From the NCBI GenBank assembly GCA_965197645.1, contig OZ240219.1, positions 416,001 to 480,000 on the forward strand: a stretch of 64,000 nucleotides of DNA, given 5' to 3'. The translations under genes and the position numbers were made by a program. Under the pieces are notes generated by a model that did no database searches, was not told the DNA's origin, and worked only from the letters and a program-made list of their open reading frames with translations. This DNA comes from Dehalococcoidia bacterium (GTDB lineage: Bacteria; Chloroflexota; Dehalococcoidia; Plut-88900). Of this stretch, positions 9,096 to 18,522 are shown piece after piece; positions within the stretch are counted from its first letter, which is position 1; every line of letters starts with the position of its first letter.

Positions 9096-10811
9096 GTGGA
9101 AACCCGAGACTTTGTGGTGAGGTTTGCAGGCGAAGGTGGCCAGGGCGTGGTAACCGCCGCTGAGGGTTTGGCCCAGGCTGCGGCCCAGGTGGGCTATCAC
9201 GTTCTCACCTATGCCACCTTCCCCTCCCAGATCAGGGGAGGCCCAACCTGGACCCAGACCCGCCTGTCCCCAGAACCTGTCCTCAGTTCCGGCGACTATC
9301 TGAACGTCCTGGTGGCCTTCAACGAAGAGGCCTATAAGACCCACCTGGTGGACGTGGCCGAAGAAGGCGTCATCATCTACAACTCCGGGGACTTCCAACT
9401 GGAGTCCGACGGTCGCAGCTTCGGAATCCCCATCGAGGACATGGCCAAGTCTACCGGCAACGCCCGGGCGGCAAACTTCGTCGTCATCGGAGCCCTGGCC
9501 CACCTGGTGGACATGCCCCACGAGTACCTAGTCGATTTCGTTACCAAGCGGTTCACCCGCGGTCGTCCCAACGATCAGGAGATCATCGAGTCCAACATCA
9601 AGGCATTGCTCCTCGGCAGGGAGGGGGCCGCCGAAAGCGGCTTCAGCCTCAATCGTTTGGCTCCAGCCAACAAGCCGGAAGGCGAGCAGATCCTCCTCAA
9701 CGGCAACACAGCCATCAGCCTGGGCGCCATGACCGCCGGTCTGGACTTCTACACCGGATACCCCATTTCGCCGGCTACGACTATCCTCGTATTCATGGAG
9801 CGCAATCTCACCGGCGAAGGCAAATTCGCCTACCAAGCCAGCTCGGAGATCGAATCGATCAACGCCATCGTGGGGTCCGGCTATGCGGGCGGCAAGGCTA
9901 TGACCGCCACCGCCGGCCCGGGGTTCACCCTGATGGGAGAGGGCCTGGGCCTGGCCTGGATGGCCGAGATTCCCTGCGTAATCACCGACGTCCAGCGCGG
10001 AGGCCCGGCCACCGGCCTGCCCACCAAGACCGAGCAGTCCGACCTTCTGACCGCCCTTACCCCCGGTCACGGCGACATGAGGCTTCCGATCATCGCCCCC
10101 GGCAGCACCGAGCAGTGCTTCTACGCTGCTATACAGGCCTTCAACTGGGCCGAGAGATACCAAGGGCCCGTGATTCTCATGACCGAAATGGCCCTGGCCG
10201 AGCGTAACCAGAACATCCCCAAGCCGGACCTCCCCAAGCTGAACATCGAGAACCGGGACGTTTATCGAGGGGATAACGGATACCTCCGCTACGAGGACAA
10301 CAAGCTCTCGCCGATGCCTATTCCCAACGGGCCCGGACCCTACGTGGCCAACGCCAGCGAGCACGATCCCTTTGGCGACACCACACACCGGCCCGACCGT
10401 CACATCCAGATGACCGAGCGGCGCTTCGGCAAGCTGAAGCTGCTCGAAGAGGACGACTACGAGGTAGAGCACTCTGACGAACCGGTAGCCGTTGTTCCCT
10501 GGGGCGGCTCTCGAGGCCCGACCAGAGAGGCATACCTGACACTCATAGAGGCCGGTGACGTTGTAGGCTGGTACTTCACCATGTACCTGAACCCACTCCC
10601 GCCCCGGTTGCTGGAGGAGCTCAGGCAGAAAGAGTTGGTGATCGTCCCCGAGCTGAACTACCTGGGCCAATTTTCCAGCGTCCTCCGCTCTCAGGGCGTC
10701 AACGCAGAATCTATCACCCAGTACACTGGACTCCCCTTCAAGGTCGAAACCCTGGTGCAAAGGATAGGCGAAAGGGTTCGAGCCCACGAAGAAAGGAAAG
10801 CCCGAGTATGA
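9096..10811 (+). CDS. korA: 2-oxoacid:ferredoxin oxidoreductase alpha (gamma-alpha fusion)
   Basis: AGEGGQG, SQIRGG, GYPISPAT, TATAGPG, QRGGPATGLPTKTEQSD; GGAGG SD. Confidence 0.92.
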   Translation: METRDFVVRFAGEGGQGVVTAAEGLAQAAAQVGYHVLTYATFPSQIRGGPTWTQTRLSPEPVLSSGDYLNVLVAFNEEAYKTHLVDVAEEGVIIYNSGDFQLESDGRSFGIPIEDMAKSTGNARAANFVVIGALAHLVDMPHEYLVDFVTKRFTRGRPNDQEIIESNIKALLLGREGAAESGFSLNRLAPANKPEGEQILLNGNTAISLGAMTAGLDFYTGYPISPATTILVFMERNLTGEGKFAYQASSEIESINAIVGSGYAGGKAMTATAGPGFTLMGEGLGLAWMAEIPCVITDVQRGGPATGLPTKTEQSDLLTALTPGHGDMRLPIIAPGSTEQCFYAAIQAFNWAERYQGPVILMTEMALAERNQNIPKPDLPKLNIENRDVYRGDNGYLRYEDNKLSPMPIPNGPGPYVANASEHDPFGDTTHRPDRHIQMTERRFGKLKLLEEDDYEVEHSDEPVAVVPWGGSRGPTREAYLTLIEAGDVVGWYFTMYLNPLPPRLLEELRQKELVIVPELNYLGQFSSVLRSQGVNAESITQYTGLPFKVETLVQRIGERVRAHEERKARV

Positions 10812-11701
10812 CTACCGCAAAGGCCAAGGGCAAAGACAAGATCAAGAACCCGGAATACGACTTCAAGTGGTGTCCCGGATGCGGCGACTTTGGTGTGCGC
10901 CGCGCCGTGGAGATGGCCATGGGGGATTGGCGGATCCGCACCGAGAACCCCATCGAGAACACGGTGATCGTCGCCGGCATCGGGTGCTCCGGCAACCTGG
11001 TGCATCTGGTAGAGGGTGACCAGCCCTTCGGAATCCACGGGGTGCATGGGAGAACGTTGCCGCTGGCCTTCGGCGTCAAGATGACCCAGCCCGATCTCAA
11101 CGTGCTGATAGTTGCCGGTGACGGCGACTTTCTCAGCATCGGTGGCGAGCACATCGCTCCCCAGGCCCAGAGAAACCTGGACGTTTGCGCCGTGATCATG
11201 GACAACGGTGTCTACGGCTTGACCAAGGGGCAGAGCTCCCCCACTACGGAACTGGGCGTAAAGACCACCAGCACACCCTACGGCAAGATCGAAGGCTCAG
11301 TGAATCCGCTGGACCTCTATCTCACCTCAGATGTCTCCTTCATCGCCTCCGGATTCTCCGGCAAACCCAAGGACCTGGCCCAACTCATCGGAGAGGGAAT
11401 GGAGCACCCCGGGTTCTCCATCGTTCACGTCCAGTCCCCTTGCACCGAGTACAACGACACCTACGAGCTGCTGAAGGGCAATCCCAAAAAGGGCGTCCAG
11501 GGCGCTCTCCATCCCCTGCCCGACGACTATGACCCCTCGGACCGCAGGGCCGCCTATGATGCCATCCACAGCGATGGCATTCCCATCGGGGTCGTGTACA
11601 AGGACCCCGACTCGGTTCCGATGCAGGAGAGGCAGGAGAAAATGATCGAGCCGGTGAAGCAGAGAACCGTGGAACAGCTCATAGATAGCATTACCATCTA
11701 G
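10808..11701 (+). CDS. korB: 2-oxoacid:ferredoxin oxidoreductase beta (TPP-binding)
   Basis: WCPGCGDFG, GIGCSG, HGVHGR, GDGD..SIGG, DNGVYGLTKGQSSPT; ATGA overlap with alpha. Confidence 0.93.
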   Translation: MTTAKAKGKDKIKNPEYDFKWCPGCGDFGVRRAVEMAMGDWRIRTENPIENTVIVAGIGCSGNLVHLVEGDQPFGIHGVHGRTLPLAFGVKMTQPDLNVLIVAGDGDFLSIGGEHIAPQAQRNLDVCAVIMDNGVYGLTKGQSSPTTELGVKTTSTPYGKIEGSVNPLDLYLTSDVSFIASGFSGKPKDLAQLIGEGMEHPGFSIVHVQSPCTEYNDTYELLKGNPKKGVQGALHPLPDDYDPSDRRAAYDAIHSDGIPIGVVYKDPDSVPMQERQEKMIEPVKQRTVEQLIDSITI

Positions 11702-11738
11702 CTCCCCACATACCAACGTCTACCGGAAGGGCCGCACC

Positions 11739-12494
11739 ATGCGGCCCTTCGTCTTTCGGCAAATGAACGAGATACAGCTCCCGCCAGGTCTGCCTTTTCG
11801 ACCGGCCCACCTGACCGATCTCGGCACGGTGGAGTACGAAAGTGCGCTGGACCTCCAGACGTCCCTCAGAGACCGTCGCATCGCGGGGAACGTACCGGAT
11901 ACCCTCGTGCTGCTGGAACATCCGCCCACCATCACCATCGGTCGCTCAGGCGATACCTCCAACATCCTGGTCTCGGAGAGCCGGCTTGCTCGCCTGGGGG
12001 TGCGGCTTCTCAACACCAACCGCGGCGGCGACGTCACCTACCACGGTCCCGGCCAGATAGTCGGTTACACCATCATGGACCTCCGGCCCTATGGCATGAA
12101 TCTCAGGGCACACCTGAGGCGGTTGGAGGAGGTTATCATTCGGGCGCTTGAACCCTTCGGAATAATCGCAGGAAGAAACGCCTATTACACCGGGGTCTGG
12201 GTTGACGGCAAGAAGATAGCATCGATAGGCCTGCACGTAAGGCGATGGGTAACCATGCACGGCTTCGCCCTGAACGTGGACCCCAACCTGGACCATTTCT
12301 CCCTGATACACCCGTGCGGCATCCCCGGCAGGCCAATGACCTCCCTAGCCCGGCTCCTAGGCCGTCCCGTGGACTCGGAAACCGTTCGAGCCAAGCTGAC
12401 GAGCGCCTTCGCCCAGGTCTTCCGTCTCACCGTTGCCACTGCACCGGACTCCGGACTCACGTCTGCTCAAATCCCGACAGCCTCCGCCGTTTGA
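11739..12494 (+). CDS. lipB: Lipoyl(octanoyl) transferase
   Basis: LLEHPPTITIGR, RGGDVTYHGPGQ, KIASIG, HGFALNV, PCG. Confidence 0.93.
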   Translation: MRPFVFRQMNEIQLPPGLPFRPAHLTDLGTVEYESALDLQTSLRDRRIAGNVPDTLVLLEHPPTITIGRSGDTSNILVSESRLARLGVRLLNTNRGGDVTYHGPGQIVGYTIMDLRPYGMNLRAHLRRLEEVIIRALEPFGIIAGRNAYYTGVWVDGKKIASIGLHVRRWVTMHGFALNVDPNLDHFSLIHPCGIPGRPMTSLARLLGRPVDSETVRAKLTSAFAQVFRLTVATAPDSGLTSAQIPTASAV

Positions 12495-12560
12495 CTTGGT
12501 ATTGCTATTGTGTAATATTATGCTTGTATAGAAACAGCCCCCTCCCAATCTTCTTCAGCC

Positions 12561-13175
12561 GTGCAGCAAACAAGACGCCAAATACTGGACTGTATCAAGC
12601 TCGGTGGGTCGATGAGCATCGAGCAGCTTGGCGATGAGCTCGGCGTCATGCCCGTCACCGTACGGGCCCATGTCAACGTTCTGGAGCGAGACCAGCTCCT
12701 GCGGGGAGTCGAGCATAGGACCGGCCGGGCCGGCAGGCCGAGTAGGGTCTACTCCCTCACCGAGAAGTCCCAAGAGCTGTTTCCCAATAGCTACGACAAT
12801 CTGGCCACCCATATCCTGGACAGCGTCCGCGAGCTCCACGGTGACGAGAGCGCAGCTCGGCTCATAGATAAGGTCGGCCAGGACATGGCCGACGCCCACT
12901 CGGACGAGCTAGAGAACAAGCCCCTGAGCGACAAGGTAGAGACCGCGGCGAAGATCCTGAACGACAATGGGTGCCTGGCTACTTGGGAGAAGATAGACGA
13001 GAAATACGTGCTAACCGCCCACAACTGTCCTTATCTCCACGTGGCTGAGCACACCCCCGACATCTGTCATATGGAGGTAGCCTTTCTGGAAAAGGCGTTG
13101 CAAACTCGGGTCAGGCTGGACGATTCCCTGCCGGCCGGCAGCCCCCACTGCACCTTCGTGATCGAGGCCCAATGA
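12561..13175 (+). CDS. SufR-like winged-HTH regulator with C-terminal Cys cluster
   Basis: N-terminal wHTH (VTVRAHVNVLE..GRAGRP..YSLT), FPNSY, HNCPY..ICHME..CTF. Confidence 0.8.
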   Translation: MQQTRRQILDCIKLGGSMSIEQLGDELGVMPVTVRAHVNVLERDQLLRGVEHRTGRAGRPSRVYSLTEKSQELFPNSYDNLATHILDSVRELHGDESAARLIDKVGQDMADAHSDELENKPLSDKVETAAKILNDNGCLATWEKIDEKYVLTAHNCPYLHVAEHTPDICHMEVAFLEKALQTRVRLDDSLPAGSPHCTFVIEAQ

Positions 13176-13210
13176 TCGCAAACTCTCTTCGACAACGACG
13201 CGATGGTCCA

Positions 13211-13232
13211 GCCCCTTTCAAAAGGGGTTTTT
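13211..13232 (+). terminator. Probable intrinsic terminator
   Basis: GCCCCTTT-CA-AAAGGGGT followed by T-run. Confidence 0.45.
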
Positions 13233-13278
13233 CTTAGGGCGTACTTCATCGAAATAGCTAGCATTCGAAAGGCACGAC

Positions 13279-13587
13279 ATGGCAGAGTTCGTAACCATTG
13301 CTCAGACTACCGAAATAGCCGAAGGCGAGATGGTACAGGTTGAGTTGGGCGACTCAATCATAGCCGTGGCCAATGTCGACGGCGCATTCCACGCATTCGA
13401 CGCTGAATGCCCCCACGCCGGCGGCCCCTTGGACGAGGGCGAGCTGGAAGGAGAGACGGTAGTTTGCCCCTGGCACGGCGGCGAGTTCGATGTGAAAACC
13501 GGAGAGGTGCTGGCGCCTCCCCCTATGGAAGCGCTCACCACCTTCGAGGTACGGGTGGACGGCACCAACATCCAGATCGCCCAGTAG
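13279..13587 (+). CDS. Rieske-type [2Fe-2S] ferredoxin
   Basis: CPH..GPL..G..VVCPWHG..FDVKTG. Confidence 0.92.
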   Translation: MAEFVTIAQTTEIAEGEMVQVELGDSIIAVANVDGAFHAFDAECPHAGGPLDEGELEGETVVCPWHGGEFDVKTGEVLAPPPMEALTTFEVRVDGTNIQIAQ

Positions 13588-13748
13588 TTCTCTCCAAGAA
13601 GCTAGCCCCTTCGCAGCGCACTAAGATGCTTTCCAGCTGACCCGGAACTGCGTTAGGTTTCGGCACCCCGGGGCACCCCATTCTGAAGCGGCTGCATCCC
13701 ACCCGCCACGGATTGCATCCGATGGCTCCTCACCTTCCAAGGTATACA

Positions 13749-13798
13749 GCCAGGAAGGGTGCCAGGGGGATGTACGAAAGGGCTTTTTGGACACCCTG
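13749..13798 (-). repeat. Partial copy of MITE-like repeat
   Basis: Minus strand TTAG-CAGGGTGTCCAAAAAGCCCTTTCGTACATCCCCCTGGCACCCTTCCTGGC matches the left ends of the copies at 55141 and 62031. Confidence 0.75.
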
Positions 13799-13819
13799 CT
13801 AAGCCCCCGTTCCTTCCCG

Positions 13820-15187
13820 CTACCCAAGCAGGGGCAGCAGCAGGGCCACCAGGCCCAGGAAGCACAGGAACCCGAACACGTCGGTTATTGTGGTAACGAA
13901 GACGACGGACGCCAGCGCCGGGTCCACCCTCAGCAGCTTCAGGCCCATGGGCATCGCTACTCCGCTCAGCCCCGCCACCATCATGTTGCCCACCATGGCC
14001 AGACCCAGGGCCAGGCCGATGATCAGGCTCCCTTTCCACATCAGGGCCAGCACGCCGGCCACCAACCCCAGAATCGCACCGTTGATCAGCCCCAGCAGGA
14101 CCTCTTTGATCAGCGCCTTCTTCATCGATGCGAACTCGATCTCGCCCAGGGCTAGGCCCCGTATCATGATGGTAAGGGTCTGAGTTCCCCCCACCCCTCC
14201 TTGTCCTGCGATTACAGGAAGAAAGGCGGCGACCACGGCCAGCTGGGCAATGGTAGATTCAAACAGGCTTATGACGCCGGCGGCCAGCCCCACCGTAGCC
14301 AGGTTCAACGTCAGCCAGGGCAGCCGGTTCTGCACCGAAGCCCTCACAGAAGCCACCAGGTACTCCGGCTCGGATAACCCCACCATGTGGTACATATCCT
14401 CAGTGGCCTCCTCTTCCACAACCCCAACCACATCCTCCAGCCTGATGGTCCCCAGTAGCCGAGTCTCTCCGTCTACGACCGGTAGGGTAGAGATATCGTA
14501 GCGCTCCATAATGCGAGCGCACTCCTCCTGGTCTCTCCCCGCCTGTACGTAGATGACATCCGGATCGGCAAGGTCCCTCAGCTTAGCGTCGGGCTCGGCC
14601 AGGACCACGTCACTCAGCGCCACCACCCCTCTCAGACGGTTCCATAGATTGGTCACAAATATCCAGTTGGTCGTCCGCGGCTCCGGCCCCGATTTCCTGA
14701 GCCAGCTCAACGCCTCCGCCGCCGTGGTCTGCTCTTTGAGGGCCACGAACTCGGGGGTCATGATCCCGCCGGCCGTGTCGCCGGCGTGCTCCAGCAGAGG
14801 AGCGACGACGTCCGATTCGGCCATCCCCTCCAGGATCTCCACGCCTCTTTCCGCGGGCATCGCCCGAAGGATGTCGGCTGCTACGGTAGCGTCCGCCTGG
14901 TCCAACCACAGTGAAAGGGTTATCGCATCGGTGTTGGTGACGAGCTCCACGGCCTGGTCGCTGTCCAGGTGATTGAGAATCTCGCCGGCGGTCTCATAGT
15001 CCAGCTGAGAGAAGAGAAGGCGCTGCATTTCGGGGTCCAGAGAGGATATCACCGCGGCCTTGTCCGGACCCCGCATGTCATCGAAGGCGGCCAAAGCCTT
15101 CATCACCTCATCGTTATCGAGGTGAACTCTTATCCGCTCTGTCGCCTCAACGGCGACGCCTAGTATTTCCCGCCTACTGTCTTGCAT
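13820..15187 (-). CDS. mgtE: Magnesium transporter MgtE
   Basis: N-domain, tandem CBS (TAGGIMTPEFV, LPVVD), EEEATED, RLPWL, GGVGGTQ, VDPALAS..TTITD. Confidence 0.95.
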   Translation of the reverse strand: MQDSRREILGVAVEATERIRVHLDNDEVMKALAAFDDMRGPDKAAVISSLDPEMQRLLFSQLDYETAGEILNHLDSDQAVELVTNTDAITLSLWLDQADATVAADILRAMPAERGVEILEGMAESDVVAPLLEHAGDTAGGIMTPEFVALKEQTTAAEALSWLRKSGPEPRTTNWIFVTNLWNRLRGVVALSDVVLAEPDAKLRDLADPDVIYVQAGRDQEECARIMERYDISTLPVVDGETRLLGTIRLEDVVGVVEEEATEDMYHMVGLSEPEYLVASVRASVQNRLPWLTLNLATVGLAAGVISLFESTIAQLAVVAAFLPVIAGQGGVGGTQTLTIMIRGLALGEIEFASMKKALIKEVLLGLINGAILGLVAGVLALMWKGSLIIGLALGLAMVGNMMVAGLSGVAMPMGLKLLRVDPALASVVFVTTITDVFGFLCFLGLVALLLPLLG

Positions 15188-15203
15188 GTCGGTTAGACGA
15201 CAC

Positions 15204-15245
15204 AAAAAAGAGAGCAGCGGGGACAGCAGTCCGCCATCTACTCTC
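15204..15245 (-). terminator. Intrinsic terminator / attenuator just upstream of mgtE
   Basis: GAGAGTAG..GGAC-TGCT-GTCC..CTGCTCTC followed by TTTTTT on minus strand. Confidence 0.6.
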
Positions 15246-15390
15246 CAATTGGTCGGTTCTTCTCGTCCGTTGAAGGGCCGATTTTGATTATCGGCGCTTC
15301 CCGGACTGTAGCAATCTAGTTAACTTCGATAGACAACCCCTTCGTTATTTAGTGATCGTTAAGGGATTCTGGCACACGACGCCCATGGAG

Positions 15391-15627
15391 TCAATGGGCA
15401 TCCGCCGTCTCCCTCTCCGTACGCGTTTTCGGCAACGCGGCCCCGGTGCGCTCCTCCAGCTTGGCTATCAGGCCGGGGCCGTTAGCCAGGGAGGTCGTGT
15501 CCAAATCGATTATGTGCCCACACTGCAGGCACTGAAGGTAGCCCCCGAACCGGTCTCGGTCCCTGGACATAGTGCCCCTGCATCTGGGACATGCGTTACG
15601 TCTCAATTCTCCCCAAGACATTGCCAT
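15391..15627 (-). CDS. Small zinc-ribbon protein
   Basis: CPRCRG..YLQCLQCG; GAGGTG SD. Confidence 0.75.
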   Translation of the reverse strand: MAMSWGELRRNACPRCRGTMSRDRDRFGGYLQCLQCGHIIDLDTTSLANGPGLIAKLEERTGAALPKTRTERETADAH

Positions 15628-16117
15628 TCACCTCTTTTCGTGAGTATCAAATCTCCGTGCCGGCCAGTCCTATTCGATGTCGTCTCGGATTGTCTCCTAT
15701 ACGATTCACCAGGTAGTTAGTACGCCGTAACAGGGGATTGTACCTCATAATCTTCCTTATGTCTAGTATCGATTCGCCCTTGTTCCCTTTTGCAATCCCG
15801 TTTCACCTCTTCAAAAGGGGAATCATATCTATAACGAACAAATGAACGAAAAGTCACTCTCTTCTTGACGTGTGGTTGCGATGAAAATGGGTATCCACAT
15901 CCTCGGCGTCCTTGGAATCCAGAGAAAGCGGGAGTGCCGGCGGGGAAGTGCAAAGCCTATGTTCATCCCCTTATCCGGCCTTGCTAAGGCCGTAGAGATT
16001 CTGAAAGGAGCTAAGCGGGGTGAGGAGTCCAGAGCATCCGTCGCCCACCGAACCGGGTCTCTTTTCTGATAAACTCTACCCCGCCGTACTGTGAAGTCAC
16101 TGAGAAAGGAGACGCCG

Positions 16118-16447
16118 ATGTCACAACAGGAGATTCTACTGGTCACGTCGGACGAGGTGCCGGGAAGGAAGGTGGTCGAGGTGCTGGGACTCGTAAAGGG
16201 CACCTCGGTGAGAGCTCGTAACGTGGGACGCGATATCCAAGCCGGCCTACGCTCTCTCGTAGGTGGGCGTATCGGGGTCTACGTGGAGCTGTTGACCCAG
16301 AGCCGGGAAGAGGCGGAGTCGGAGATGGTGGAGGCGGCCCGGGTGATGGGGGCCAACGCCATCGTCGCCTTGCGGATGGCCACTTCTCAGGTTATGGGCG
16401 ATGCCGCCGAGGTGCTCTCTTATGGGACAGCCGTTAGGTTGGAGTAG
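16118..16447 (+). CDS. YbjQ / UPF0145 family protein
   Basis: LVTSDEVPG..LGLVKG..RDI.AGLRSLVGG..Y..SREEA..GANAIV..EVLSYGTAV; AAGGAG SD. Confidence 0.92.
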   Translation: MSQQEILLVTSDEVPGRKVVEVLGLVKGTSVRARNVGRDIQAGLRSLVGGRIGVYVELLTQSREEAESEMVEAARVMGANAIVALRMATSQVMGDAAEVLSYGTAVRLE

Positions 16448-16479
16448 CACTGGCTGCTCAAACTACCGTCCGGCCGGGT

Positions 16480-17241
16480 TCAAATCCAGCTTGCGCCCCT
16501 CTGGTATCCGCCGTGGATGTGCAACGCGGTGCCTGAAACCCATCGAGACGCCGGGCTAACCAGGTACCTCACCGCTTCGCCTATGTCCGTCGGCATGCCG
16601 ATACCCAGCGGGTAGTCGAACGAGGCTCTCACCCACTGCTCGGCACTGAATCCGAAGTCCCGGGACGCGATCAGCCCCGGCATTATGGCGTTGACCCTCA
16701 CCCCTTTGTGGGCCACCTGTGCCGATAGCGCCATCGTAAGCCCCAGCACACCTGCCTTGCTGGCGTTGTAGGCCGGCGAAGTCCCCTCATCGCCTATCCG
16801 AGCCGATTGAGAGCTGATGTTGACTATGCATCCGCTGCCCGCCTTGAGCATCGGTTGAAGGGCGGCTCGACAACAGTAGAACACCCCGCTCAGGTTGACG
16901 GCTATCACACGCTCCCACTCCTCGTCGGGAAGGGTGGCCACGTTGCCCCGCGGCGCATCGATGCCGGCGTTGTTCACCAGGATGTCCAGCCTGCCGTACT
17001 CCTTCATCGCCAGTTCCACCAGCGCCTCATCGTCCTGTGGAGAACTGGTGTCCATGATGGTGCTCACCGACTCTCCACCCTCGGACCTGATGGCCTCCAC
17101 CGTCACCGACGAGTCCTGCAAGTCCCCGATCACGATCTTGGCGCCGGCCCGGGCCAGTACCAGAGCGATCCCCTGACCGACCCCCTGTCCTGCGCCCGTC
17201 ACTATCGCTACCTGATCATCGAGCCTTGTGGTGTCAGCCAT
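16480..17241 (-). CDS. SDR family oxidoreductase
   Basis: TGAGQGVG, NNAG, NISS, YNASK. Confidence 0.9.
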   Translation of the reverse strand: MADTTRLDDQVAIVTGAGQGVGQGIALVLARAGAKIVIGDLQDSSVTVEAIRSEGGESVSTIMDTSSPQDDEALVELAMKEYGRLDILVNNAGIDAPRGNVATLPDEEWERVIAVNLSGVFYCCRAALQPMLKAGSGCIVNISSQSARIGDEGTSPAYNASKAGVLGLTMALSAQVAHKGVRVNAIMPGLIASRDFGFSAEQWVRASFDYPLGIGMPTDIGEAVRYLVSPASRWVSGTALHIHGGYQRGASWI

Positions 17242-18520
17242 TTTCACCGTCCTCCTTGTCAGCCGATATCCTCACGTTCGCCAGCTCCTCCGCCGGTTGA
17301 TCGGCTATCGCACCGCTCTCCTTCAACTGGTCATACTCGGTGTCGCTCTTCCCAAGCAGATCTGCGAAGACCGGCCTGTTATGCTCGGCGAAGCGAGGGG
17401 CTGGCTTTGCCGTGCCGGACGGAGTCCGGGAGAACTTTATCGGCAGGCCGAAGTGGGAGAACGTCCCGGCATCGGGGAAGTCAACCTTCTCCCAGAAGCC
17501 TCGGGCATCGAACTGCGGGTCCTCGAACAGCTCGTCGGCGAGCAGCACGGCGCCCGCCGGCACCCCCTCTTGCTGCAGCATCTCCTGGGCCTCGTAGTGG
17601 TCCAGTCCTGTCGTCCATTCACCGATGATCGCGTCCAACTCGTCCTGGTTTCGCGAGCGGCCGAGGGCATGTTCAAACCGGGGGTCTCGCGCCAGGTCCG
17701 GCCTGCTCATCGCCTTGCACAACCCTCGCCATGCTCTCTCCGAGTCCACCGCAATGGCTATCCACCTGTCCGTCCCTCGGCTGGGGTACACTCCCTGGGG
17801 CGCACGAGAGATATGTCTATTGCCCAACCGGCTCCGCACCCGGCCGTTCATCGAATAGTCCATCAAGTTGTCCCCCAGCAAGGTCAGGTACCCTTCCTGG
17901 TGGGACAGGTTCAGATAGCATCCCTCACCGGTCCGGTTCCGATTCTGGAGTGCGGCCAGGACGGCGTAGTCGGCCTGGAGGCCCGCGGCCGGATCGGTAA
18001 ACGCGCCCGAAGAGCGCATGGGTGGCCCGTCTTCGTAGCCCGTCAGGTAGGTCAGTCCGGTTACCCCTTCCAGCGCCTCCCCAAAGCAAACGTAGTCCCG
18101 ATACGGGCCGCTCCCTCCGAAGCTGGGCATGCTCACCATGATGATATCGGGCCTAGCCTTCCGGATGGTATCGTACTCCAAGCCCAGGTTCCCCATGACC
18201 CGGGCGCTGAAGTTCTCCATCACCACGTCCCCGATGGATATCAGCTCCAGGCACAGCTCCCTGCCCTGGGGATGTTGAAGGTCTATGGATATCGCCTGCT
18301 TGTTCCTGTTTGCCATGTGAAAGTAGGAGCCCCGGTTATAAGGTCTCTCTCCCGGCTCACCGTCCGGCGGGATCATGTATCGGACCGCATCGATGTACAG
18401 CGACGATTCAACCCTGATCACCTCGGCGCCCATACCCGCTAGGAGTTGAGTGGCGAAGGGGCCGGCCCAGTAGCGGGTCAGATCGATTATCCTGAGGCCT
18501 TCCAGCGGCAACGACGACAT
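17234..18520 (-). CDS. Family III (CaiB/BaiF) CoA-transferase, catalytic Asp present
   Basis: PLEGLRIIDLT..WAGP..GAEVIRVE, NRNK, ENF, FTDP; ORF-track N-terminal extension overlaps upstream gene and was trimmed. Confidence 0.9.
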   Translation of the reverse strand: MSSLPLEGLRIIDLTRYWAGPFATQLLAGMGAEVIRVESSLYIDAVRYMIPPDGEPGERPYNRGSYFHMANRNKQAISIDLQHPQGRELCLELISIGDVVMENFSARVMGNLGLEYDTIRKARPDIIMVSMPSFGGSGPYRDYVCFGEALEGVTGLTYLTGYEDGPPMRSSGAFTDPAAGLQADYAVLAALQNRNRTGEGCYLNLSHQEGYLTLLGDNLMDYSMNGRVRSRLGNRHISRAPQGVYPSRGTDRWIAIAVDSERAWRGLCKAMSRPDLARDPRFEHALGRSRNQDELDAIIGEWTTGLDHYEAQEMLQQEGVPAGAVLLADELFEDPQFDARGFWEKVDFPDAGTFSHFGLPIKFSRTPSGTAKPAPRFAEHNRPVFADLLGKSDTEYDQLKESGAIADQPAEELANVRISADKEDGENG

Positions 18521-18522
18521 GT

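Noticed and set aside
15190-15390. Canonical M-box (ykoK) riboswitch before mgtE
   Set aside because: Consensus blocks such as GTTAGGTGAGGCT are not visible; reported instead as an unassigned structured leader.
15835-15848. CGAACAAATGAACG as a LexA (GAAC-N4-GTTC) box
   Set aside because: Two mismatches in one half-site and no SOS gene adjacent.
15915-15995. GAAA..GCAAAGCC resembling a c-di-GMP-I riboswitch
   Set aside because: The GGCAAAC/GACGCAAAG arrangement and the P1-P2 pairing could not be built.
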